From: Amphiscolops sp. MND2022
Taxonomy: Eukaryota
Reading direction: 5' to 3'
DNA: 64,000 nt
Assembly (NCBI GenBank): GCA_964187785.1
Contig: OZ076411.1
Coordinates: 26,040,001-26,104,000, forward strand
The position numbers and the translations under genes are program-made. The first letter of the stretch is position 1; each line of letters starts with the position of its first letter. Shown one piece after another: positions 43,329-55,300 of the stretch. Under the pieces are notes generated by a model. That model made no database searches. It worked only from the letters and a program-made list of their open reading frames with translations, and was not told where the DNA came from.

Positions 43329-46300
43329 CTGAGAAAAAATAAACTGTACATTTCAGGGTTTCAGGGTTACATAAAGGGAAATTTCAGAATCTTTATCAAA
43401 TGAAAAAAAAAATGTATTGATAAAGATTCTGAAATTTCTCTGCGGTAATGGGGAAATTAACTTAAGTTATTTAACTTAAGTAAGTTATTTACTAAGTTAT
43501 TTAACTAAGTTATATAAATAACTAAGTTATTTAACTTAAGTAAAAGAATTCTTTTAGTTGTTGTTGTTGAATGTTTGACAAACCGTTATTTTACGTCACA
43601 ATGCTGATAGAATCATGAATTTTTGGGCCTTCATTTCTTTCAACTTTTGTTTCAAACGATTTATACAGAGTTGGACTTAATAAATAACCTAAATTAGTGA
43701 AATCTTTCTCTTTGAGCATTTAATTTAAACTGGATAACTTTTTGAACTCATAGCGAAATCGGCTGCTCTCTCAAGAAAACCAATTTAAAAAACCAATGAA
43801 TTCAAAATGTAATTCATAAATTTAATCTAAAACAATTATTTTTGGTTATATTTTTTCATTATGTAATCGGGCGTGGAAAACGGTTCTTCCTGAGTAGATA
43901 GGTGAGAGTTTTCTTTATCATTATTATCTTTTATATGCCGAGTCAATATATTTCTCGCATGAGTCGATTGTGGCGTCAAGATCGCCGAGCTTCTTTCGAG
44001 CCCACGTTTCGATTTCTTTCACTTGATCGCTTGTCGCGTTGTCGTTGTTACCAGCAGACGACATGTTTCTGCGCCAACACGCTTTCACGCTGTCCAACAT
44101 TTCGAGCACGTCGGATCGTGAAATGTTTGAGCTGACAACTTCAGGTTGACCTTTTTTGTTCTTGGAAGCTCGCTTCTTTTGAATAAAATCTTTCAGCATA
44201 ACCAAATGTGCAACTCGTGGAAAAATATTAAACGGAGGGGGGACTGGATTTATCCCTCCGGCTATGAAAGGAATCAACATTCGAGCTTTGTCGCATTTGT
44301 AGTCAATTTCAACTTGGTCTTCTAAAGTTTCCATGCTTTTAAACATCAAACCAATCAAGATGTTCAGAAATATGAGAACTCCTAGAATGCAGTATGCGAT
44401 CCAGAGAATAAGAGCTACTGTTATTGATACTGTGTATTGTCCAGCATATAGTTGATTGATCAACTGATAGTTCACGCTTCCACTTAGCGCCCAAAAAGTC
44501 ACCCAAAGGGACCCCCAAACATCGGTGAACTGTTTGGCATTTGATTCCCAGATTTCATAGTAGCAGTCATCGAACGCCAGATCAGGCCCAGTACCGTCTG
44601 GCGTCTCAACGGCGCACCTTGTTCCAAACATGACATTTTCCTTCCACATCAAAGAATTCAAAGCAACTGCGAAAGAAAACTGGAAGATGAAAAATATCAT
44701 GAAAAATTTCGCAATGACCCCAATTGCAAAACCAAGAAGGATGTTCAGTTTACCAAGACTCTCGCTGATACCTAGCCAATAAATTGACCTATTAAGAGCC
44801 AGAAGCGTTCCTAGTGAGAACGTTATTTCATAGAATTGAACCATTGCGTCATTCAGACTTGCGTATTTATCATCGGAAGCACCACCAGCAAAGTAGAAGA
44901 TGCTGCTGAAAAGAAATAACGTCATAGTATAAAGATCGTATCGATTCCAGGTATCACTGAAGCACGAAGTTAGACCCAGTTTCACAATCTGCATTATAAA
45001 CTCCACCGCTCTCCCTAACAGCCAGAAGAATATGTAAATATTACAGATCCAGGACAAACCAGAGGATATGGCCCCGTCTTTATACGTTGTGGGGTCCTTC
45101 TCGTCTTCTGGAACCCAACTTGTGAAGTTGACCGAGTTCAGAGTTGTAACTAAAGCGAGCATCAAGAACCCAACAAAAGCGGAAGCGAACTTCAGAAGAG
45201 GAACCTCGAACCACTGGAGAAACGAAACTCCAGGTGGAATGAACACGTTAAGAACCCAATAAAACGGTAGCAACAAGACTCCCAAGATACAGATGTCGAT
45301 TTTAACAAAAATATTTTGTCCTCTCCATGGAACACTGCCGGTAAATGCCTCGTCAATTGCTTGCTGGCAAAACCGGTGTGCTACAAACCGTTTTTGTTGG
45401 GTATTGATTGCGTACATTATACGCGTCACTGGGCCACCTGGGGGGTTAACTTCTCCGTCTACGTTTGGGTTATTCATACTCAGAAGACATTGCAGCTCCT
45501 TATCTGTTGCGCAACACGACAAATATTCCTCGCTAAATTTCTCACAACTCGCAGTCAACTTGTTATACTCTTCAGACAATTCTTCGTCTATAATACTCAA
45601 ACGTGCTGTTTCAGTTCTCATTTTAAATGCTTGATATAAAGGGTCCTTGTGAGTGATCATTATGTAAGACGGACTGCAGATAGCTCGATAAACAGCTAAT
45701 CTGTAAAGAGATCTTTGAAGCCCATCTTGCCCAATATTGGAAGATTCCTCGTCAATTGGAACTGCGCCCAAACTTTTGAGGTACTCTATCAGTTCGTAGT
45801 TGTTGTTATGACATGCCACCATAATTGGGGTTGTCCCAAACTGGAAATGCTTCGACAAAACAGCCAAATTCACAAGCTGGCGGTCATGACTGTATAAATA
45901 CTTGATGCCGTTTTTGAAAGCAACGTCGACTGCAATCAGCATACCATCACCAGGATCCGCACCGTTGCTCATTAGCAGTTTCATCAACTCCTCGTTTTGC
46001 ATTTTGATAGCAATGGCTAAAGGAGTGTATCCGAAGTCATCTTCAGAGTTTATCACCGATTCCAAGTTGTTCGCTTGGCCGATGTGTTCTTGCACAACTG
46101 TGACGTCACCCAATTCGACGCATTTGAAAAACTCGAGTCTGGCATTGGCCAGTTTTTCCGATTCCACATTTTCTTCAGTCCCATCCATGACACTGGTTGT
46201 GTTTACGAATCAGTTTCGCAATTTGGTCAAAAGTGTTTGGCTTAGTTCAATGTGTTCAATGTTTTAAATGGTTTTAGCAAATGAGTTGTGTTCAGAGCAC

Positions 46301-49300
46301 GTTAAAATTTTATGCTTTCAGAAAATGTGCTGTAGTATCGCTTTTTATATCAACCAAGTTTGATGCGTTGGTACTAACACAAGTTTAGCTGAAATTATTT
46401 TGTGTGGTTGAATAATAATTGCTGCTGATATAATAAGTAAATGATGTGTTTTGTACATTGTGGACTAAATTAAATCAGCTAGCCAGTCTCAAACGAAGAT
46501 CTGCAGAAACGTTTTTGAACTCTATCCAAATTCAGTTTCATTCGTTGCTGCGATGCTTGTATGCGTATCCCGATGAGAGAATTATTGAACTGGTCATCAT
46601 GAGTTATTACATAGCTCATAACTTAATGTATGCACCTTTTTTGTGAAAGTAATACGTGAAATAATAACTCTTGTTACATAGATGAATTTATATTTTCTAC
46701 AATCATGACAAAAAGTATATGACTATGGCGGCGTTCTTTCAAGTGTTACAATCGCGTTCACTCGATATTGAATGATTAGTGCATGTTTATTGAAAAATGA
46801 TAACTAATGATAAAATCGGAGATTGATTATTTAAACGTTCTTTCATTGGAAAAATCGAAAAATCTTAAATTCTTTGGAATGTTCTGTTTTTTAAGTACCA
46901 GGCAGAAAGTGTTCTTCATGATTTTATTTCAAATGGAACGCAGAACTTTCTGAATTTTTTGAAGATTCCTCGTTAATCTGAAATTACACTTTAAATTAGA
47001 GAGTTTCCAGAAAGCTCTTTTTCCGAAAAATTAAAGGATATTTGGGTGATTAGCGATGACCGGAAACACGTGATCAGATAAATTAAACCTAGCTCACCTG
47101 TAGTTGAAAGCACACCCCTTCTGGCGGAAGTTTTGTATATGGGACAGGAGTAGACGTCAACGAGGTCGATCTTGGACTTCTCAATAGGTTTTAGCCAGAT
47201 GATGGGCATTGTGTCAAACAGCACTTTAGGGTGAGACTCGTTCAAACTCTGGATCGTTCTGTCCCATCTAGCACCTTCCAAAAACAGTCCCTACAAAAAA
47301 TAATGCATTAGAACTTTGTATCATCACATCACATTTGAAATTTTAGTCTGAAAATCTGTTCAAAAAAGGGCTATTCAGTGTGAGGCCGGTGGTCTGACAA
47401 AAAAAGAAAAAAAGTATTTAGCAAAAAGAAGAAAGTGTCACTGTTATAATCTAGCACTTGTTGGTACAGAAAGCACCAAAACACTTGCAACTGTAACAGT
47501 CAGGCGTTTTGTCTTTCAAAAAAGCGACAAAATTTTCTATATTGTTGAAAGTTTTTCTTTGCTATGTACAAAATTTGGGTGAAAAAGAATAAACAGATGC
47601 CAGAAATGAAGAGAATATTGTTACAAACCGACACATAGGCACCATCTTTACGCTGTTGTTCAGAAGCAATGGATAAAATGGGAATGATTGACGATGAAAC
47701 CTCTGAGGGAATTTTTGAACTAATCTATACATCTCCATTGTAGCCAATAAACTACTGTTTTTGTTAACAAAAACACGATCTCAAACTACTTTAGAGGCAG
47801 AAAATAGACTCCTAATTGAGAAAATTAGACGTCGTTTAATATTGTTAGTAGAACCGTTCGTGAACATTCAAAAATTGATATTTCCGGCTAGAAAGACCTG
47901 ATCAATCTCATAACAAGTGAATAAAAATTGAGTACTACATGTGAAATCTCTACCACACGCACACAAAACAAGTTTTGTTCCAATATTAAGGATCCCTCTT
48001 GAAATGCCAAGTGGGTGCTTTTACGGGTCCTTTTCAGGGGCTGCATTGTAAATTCGTTATGTTTAATTTAATCTATCTGTCTGTAATTTATACCCTCTGA
48101 TAAATTGAATTATTATTATTATTATCTACATTTGAAAAAGTCTTCACCTATTGCAATATTTTACAATGAACATTGCAATGAAGTTTGAATCGTTTTATTG
48201 TGCTTTGATAATGATATATTTTTTCAGTCGAGTATCTCAACCCTGGAAATGGTAAACTATAGTAAACTATAGAAATGGTAAACACGGGGTTCATGAAGGA
48301 GCGAAAATAACATGCAGCATTTAATACTAACTCGCACATACGCTCCATCGCTAGCTTTAGCCGTAACTTCACTTTCAGTTTCCATCGTGGTCACTTCGAA
48401 AACGAAAGCCAAGAAATCGATGGGAATGGTGTACTTCCGAGCAAAGTTTTGACTCACACCCGTCAGGAAAGACTGTGTGAAGTAGAACCCAGACAACCAG
48501 AACACGTCCGGCGCTCCGCTGGCAATCCAGTTTTGGAAAAATTTCAACCTGAAGAAAGAAAACCTCAATTGACACTTTTTTGAATTTTAAAGCATCTGGT
48601 ATGGTCGGCTAGATGTATTTGTACTAGCTGGTCGGTAACTTTTCGTTTTGGTGAAAATTCTATCAACCCAGAGGAGTTCAGATGCAGCATATCATGCTTA
48701 TCTTAATAATGGCCGTAAACATCAAAGACATTATGGAAAAGCTAAAAATAAAAACAACATTAAAATGTGATTTTCATTTCTGAAAACTAGGGACTTAACT
48801 AATTTTGATCGAAAATGACCTCCTAATCAAATTTGGGTATATTCTCAATGTGGTTCCCACAGAACACTGAGACAAGTCAATTTGGTAGCGTTCATTCCAT
48901 AGTGACCTAGAAAAATGAGTCTTGCAACGTACCTGAGCAGTAAATCCGAGACGTATCCCCCTAGCGGTTTCAAAGAGGGGTAACTTTTGGAAGCCCAACT
49001 GCCCGGCACTTTGCCCACTAACATAGAACTGAATACGTCATCCAACTCTGATGACATGACAACGAGACCTTTGATGGCTCTCTGCAGGTTCTGGAGAGTG
49101 GTTCTGATCACGGAGATCAGTCGGTTGAATCTGATCAACTCCTGTCTGAGAACAGTATTCATGGACTCGTGGTAGTCAACAGGGTATTGCTTCATCACCT
49201 GGGAAGAGAAAAACAAAATGTTGCAAAGTTTTGTAAGTCAGATGTTAAAAAATACATAGCATGAGAATTAAGATAAGCTAATGAAAATGATTTTGAAGTC

Positions 49301-52300
49301 CATCACATCAAATAACCTGTAAAAGTACGAAATACTTAATTCAGTGAAGCTTCTTTATTTACTCCTTTTTAGTTGGCATTTTTGAGAAAAATGTATCACT
49401 GTTAAAGTGCCCTCACGCTGGATAGTACATTTTTTTGCCTGTTGCAATTTTTATGTCACGAAAACTAGTGAATTCATAACGAAATCCAAAGACCCTTTTT
49501 GGTTAATTTAGTTTTCCAGGGTAAATGTGACAGTAGCTTAAAGGAAAAAGGGTTTCGGCATTTCGCAGTTTTTCCAAATGTTCTTCCGGTATGAAACAGG
49601 CCTTTTTGAATGCTTGGATAACTGTTAAACAGGAGGAATCCAAAACTCGCAAAAAGTTTCCCTTAATATTTTTTATTCCTGGCCAAAATTGAAGGGTTTC
49701 TGAGTTTTTCGAGCAACAATTGAACAAAGAGGAAAAGAAAATTTTCAAACTTTTTGACTGAATATGTCACTTATATTAACCTTGTTGTAGAACCAATACT
49801 TACATTTGCAGTACAATTTATTAACAAGACCTACGGTGAAACTTTGAAATGAATGAAGAAGGTATTGGTGACGTGATTTAAAACATTATCTTGAAAATTT
49901 GAAAATAAAAAGGCTCCAGAATTGCATAATTTTGAGGCGGATACAATTTTGTAAACAATATCTAAAATGAAAATGATGAAATGATTCCATAAATTAACCG
50001 TTGCTGGTGGAAGTTTTTTCGACCGTCGCCGATTAGTGCGACGCTGCTAAAAATTAAAAGAACATCTCAAATTGTTATTCTCCGTTTTCTATACCACGCT
50101 TCGCAGAACTTTTAAAAATTTTCGCCCCTATTTATATTGACAGGAAAGTTATTATTTTCCGACCCCATATTTTATGAATGGGGGAGGAAAATCATGATCT
50201 GTGACGCGTTTTTTTCCAAATTTTGCCAAATCTCCACCTTTTGACTACTTGACTATTTTATATAGCTATTACTAACTAAAATAGTCAAGTAACTAAAATA
50301 GCATACAGCGGGAATAATATCTAAAGTCAAAAAAGGGAATAAGATCTGAAGGGAATAAGATCTAAAATTTCAGGGCGGGAATAAGATCTAAAAAGAATAA
50401 GATCTGAAATCACTAAATTTTAGATCTTATTCCTTAGATTCTATTCCCCCTCCCAAAATAGCTATGGCTCAGTTGATGAAGGCGAACAGGGCTGAAAATA
50501 TCCCGGTGCTTAGCGGGCGTCTTGTTCTATTACCTGACGTTTTTCAATTCAAACTTTGCTTAATTCTATTTTATACTCCAAATCTGTTTTTTTTTAGTTT
50601 TCTTCGCTGAATTTGTTAACTCAAAATTAGATCCGTAGCTTATGTATCTACCGAGATGACTGAATTTCTTCGAGAAAAATTCCTAAAAAAGGTATACTCC
50701 CGAGATGTCAAGCTTCTAGTTGAATCTTTGACCTTTTTTGTCAACGCGTTCACACAAATGTTTTGAAGGCACGAACATCAACATTTCGAGTTTTCACTGA
50801 ACTTCTCAGATCATTGTTCTGAAGGAATCAGAAGTTCTTCTCAATAATGCCTAAAAAGCACTAGAATGAGCCAGAAAGATGAAAAATCAAGGTTGAGTTG
50901 CTTTGTAAAGATGAAACAAACCAACAAAATTTGGTGTTGACAATGAGTTCCAAATGTGCAATTCACAGATTCTATAGCAACGTCTTCTGAATTAATGAAG
51001 TCATCCACGTGAAAAAAAAACAAAACGGGAACGTCACAAATTGGCCCCCGCTTAAGGCTCAAAGAGCGTAAAGTTTTTAAAAGAAGCTCTGGCTTTTTTT
51101 ATCTGAAAAAGAGTTTTTTCTAACTAAAAACATAAAAAAGCAATATTGGGAGATAATTTCAAAACAGCTGTACAGTGCCAACAAAACTGGAGGTGGAACC
51201 CTAAACGATCTTGAAACGCATTGTCTTGACTGCAAACAAGAAAAAAATGATGAGAGACCCTTCGCTAAAAAGATGAAAATTTCGAAAAAACAAGCAGCAC
51301 CGTGCTGCTTGTTTTTTCGAAATTTTCATCTTTTACCGTATGTTTACCGAATGTTTACCGTATCCTCGAGATCAAAGATTTTTCCGGCACTATGAGACTT
51401 TCCTCGCCTTTTTTGGCTTTGTGAGACTTTTTTCGAAAATTTTTAAATGTCTACAAAGGGTCCCCTTTTCATTTTTTCTTGATATTTTGCAACTGATTGG
51501 TTGTTGAAAGAACCCAAAGGGCCCCCCTTTTACATTTTTCGGCTCTATGGAACTCTTCTAAATTTTTGTTTTTATAACAAATTTTTTAATGTCTCAAAAG
51601 AGCCCCCCTTCATATTTTAAAATATTTTCCAACAAACTTGATTTCAAAAAGCCCAAAGAGTCCTCCCTTTTACGATTTTTAAAACTTTGTGCTTTTTGAG
51701 CCTTAGATATAGCGCCAATTTTAGACGTTCCCGTCTTGTTTCTAATTAGCCCACCAAATGTGGAAATTTGGAAAGATTCAGTCAACAAGAATTTATCAGC
51801 TGCGTTCCAGCTATGGAAAGATGTTATTACGAAAAAATTCAAAGCTAACATTATCTTGGTACTCGGCGTTAGTCTTGCTTCTGTTCCCACACCAAAATAT
51901 GCGAGCCCTAACTTTGAACTCTTTAATTACTTGGAGATACTCAACGCTCAATGAGGCTATTTTAATTAGGAGTGTGACCTCAGCTGCATTAAACACCGTT
52001 GTCTGACAAATATTATTATTTTGCGCCCATTTTTTCATATGAGAAATGTTGCAGCCTGAGACCCGTTTTCCCACAACATTTCGTTTGTTTCCAGATACTA
52101 AGATATTCACAGAGTCCAACAACGAAAAAATAGGCTGAATAAAAGCTTTTCAGAAAAGAAAATTGTTTTTGTTCAAAAAACCATAGTGCCCGCCAAATAT
52201 CAAATATCTTTCAAACTTTGACAATTTCAGCCATTTTTATAGAATTTTTGAATTTTTGGTAGGATTGAACATCTGCAGGAATCAAAAACAGAACATTTGT

Positions 52301-55300
52301 TTTTTTAGCATACTTCCAATAGACAAATGTCAAAGTTACTTTGAAAAAAAAATCATATAAGACAAAAAGGTAATTTTTTCCATTTCCAAACAACGTTTGT
52401 TCAATTTCTGGAGGTTTTGATGGGTATGAAGAAGAGTTGAAAGTTAAACATTCAACTGCTCAGGCTAACAAGCACGCTTTCAAACAAATTTATGTTTTCT
52501 TCCAAAGCAAATGTGGAAAATGATTAGTTTTTGGGGTCATGGTGTAGTGTTTATATTAGGTGTCTGTTCTGTTGAAATAACTTTTTGAACTCTCTCAAAT
52601 AACTTCTGTTGGGTTTTAAGCAGTTTTTGCCCTAGCTCAGTGGTATTGCCAGGGAAAAAACGCATTTGACGAAAAAAAAACAGGAACCAAAATTTGAAAA
52701 GGGCAACGGCGAGCTGTCAGTCAGACCTTTGTGATGTTGAGCAAAACACTACAAACCACAACTTCAAGCCGGCCATCTTATACTATAGCACTTTGTTCTC
52801 AACTATCAACTGTTTTGTGAAATTGATTTGTTCGTTTTGTACGGTTTTGTGGTTTTGAGTTTGCAGTTTTCAACAAAACCAAAAGCTGTTCAACACACTC
52901 ATGTGCGGCGAGATGATTTCTCAAAAAAGGATAAGATGAGCAGAAAAATCATTTTTGCTGTTTTTCTATTATTTTGCAAGATCGTAATTCACAGCAAGAT
53001 CGGCTAAAAAAGTATACCGTTGCTGAAAATTGGTGAACTGAAAACTTTCCGCTGCTCAACGGGCGTCTTGTAGTTTCTCTTGTAGATTGTTCATATTAAT
53101 ATTGCACCCACTAAGCGGCGTTAATCTTTTCGATCACAAGAGAATCTTTAGAGGTTTTTGCCGAATAGTCGTAACATCAAACTTTTTACAAATTGCCATT
53201 TATTTTTTTTTTTCAAAATAATAAGATGCAGTGAGATTGTTTTCTTGCCTTTATGAAGCAAGACAGAAGCTATAGACAGAAGCTCATAATGCTTTTGGTA
53301 TATAATCCACTCGAAATAATGGCTTACTTCGGCCATGTTGAAGTTGCTTGGGAGTTTACCCAAGATGTCGCTCGCTAATTCTTCAATCTGTTGCTGAGGA
53401 GATTTTCCTTTTCCGCCTGTTTGTCTGGGTAGTGTCAACAGCACACCGTCAAACAACTAAAACCAGTGATAAAACGAACTACTAAAAAACATGTGACTTC
53501 CACGATGCAGAAGCTCGTTCAATTTGATTGGAATTTCTTGGTTTATTAATGCAGTTCTTCAGAATCAAATGAACGGTGTAACGATAATTTAGCTCGAAAG
53601 TAATGGATTCTGCAGAACATTGGTTTCGAGAGTCATTCATTGAAAAGCTCATTTTTAGAATTCTTCGGGCACGCTTCAGCACTTTCTAGTTTTTTCAGCA
53701 TTATTTGAATTTTGTCTGATAAAGCATCATGACGCGAGCAACCTGTTGAGTCTCCTGGTTATCCTTGGTAATGTCAGCATTGTCGTGCAACCCAAACACT
53801 TCTGGGTTGGGGATGATAGGCAATTCGCTGATGTAATCCACAAACGACTGGTGCCCGTTGTCTTCGGGACAGTAGTACACCCCCGACTGGGAGAAAGCAA
53901 GTTTGGGCTCATCCACAATTCTGGCTTCGTAGAAGATGCCCAATAGTGACATGAGGAGACGTCTGTCCTTGTCGTCTGTGACCCGACCTCCGTAGTTACA
54001 CTCTCCGGTCAAATAGGTCAGCGCTTCCCATTGAGGGGTCTCGTAGTCGTTCAAGAACATCTGCAAAAATTTCAACTCGAAATATCATTGTTCACAAAGT
54101 AAAAACAAGGCACACACATTTGCTGAGAACTTGCAAAGTATTGAATTATTATTTCAGAATTCTTTTTTAACAAACGTAGCTTACTGAGGGAGCAAACTCT
54201 TTTTTTTCTGCAAATTGGCGTATCTATCAAGTCATATGAATATGTAATGTTTTGCCTCACGCGGACTGAAATTAATTGACTTCAAATTTGTCAAATCAAC
54301 TTCAAATGTCATTATCAGTTTATTTGTAGTTTTATGAAAAATTTGTTCCATACAAATTGTGCTAAATGTCAGACGTGATTTTATGTGATTTAATTGGGTA
54401 GTGAAAACGAACTTGAAGTTGTCTCATGCTGATTCTGAGATCAGATTCGTTGAACTCGTAAGGAATATTCCACCCGAGGGGCCCAAACTTCCTTCTCTCC
54501 TGGACCACGGCGTGGAAGAAACAGAGTCCAAACAGAATTTTGTGCCAGAACACTGGTTTGTTGCAACCATCGAAAAACTCCGGGTCCGAAATGGGGTCAT
54601 TTTTGTATGACCTATACAAGTTGGCCCTCAAGCCTTTGGGTGGCTCATTTGTCATTTTCACACCTATAATGAAAAACAAATTGATCGATCATGATGTAAT
54701 TTGGTTGGATGGGAAATTCGGCTGTAAAGGGTTACATTAGGATCTCAAAAGTTTTGAGAGGCGTCAATCAAAGAAGTAGTCTTCAAATAATAGAAACCTT
54801 TGTTGTCAATCGCGTCAGGTTTTGATACAAAACATTGGTATTCATTGGAGAGTTTCAGTCAAATACACCTAACATTCATGTACTGAATCAATCCTCTTTG
54901 TTCTTATTTCAAATTTTTAAAAATTGTTCACCATTTTGGAGAATAGACACAGGGAATTGGTCAGTAGGATAACTGGTGAGCCAGAGACGGAAGTCCACGT
55001 GGGTGTTTTCTGGAATAATGACCTCCTCTGTAATTTTCTCCAGAGTCGACATCCAAGATGTTGCCAGATGACAGTTTTGCAGAACCACCCATGTGCCGTC
55101 CTTCAGTGCTTTTTCCAGGTACTTCGTCGCTACAGGACCCTGGTAAATGAACAGAACTGAAAGTTTTTTAGTGCGCTTCCATTTTTCAACAAACAGCTTC
55201 TCTCAAAAAGTATGAATCAATAGAAATTAATAACCAATCAGCCTTCTACTGTTGTACTTGGTTATGATTATAATCATAAGATGCTCATTGAACTGCACAA

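Noticed and set aside
46189-46200. In-frame dynein-TRP chimeric splice using the ccag 4 nt before the TRP ATG
   Set aside because: Joining the phase-1 dynein donor to this AG puts the TRP ORF out of frame and reaches a stop after ~48 codons; the polypyrimidine tract is poor.
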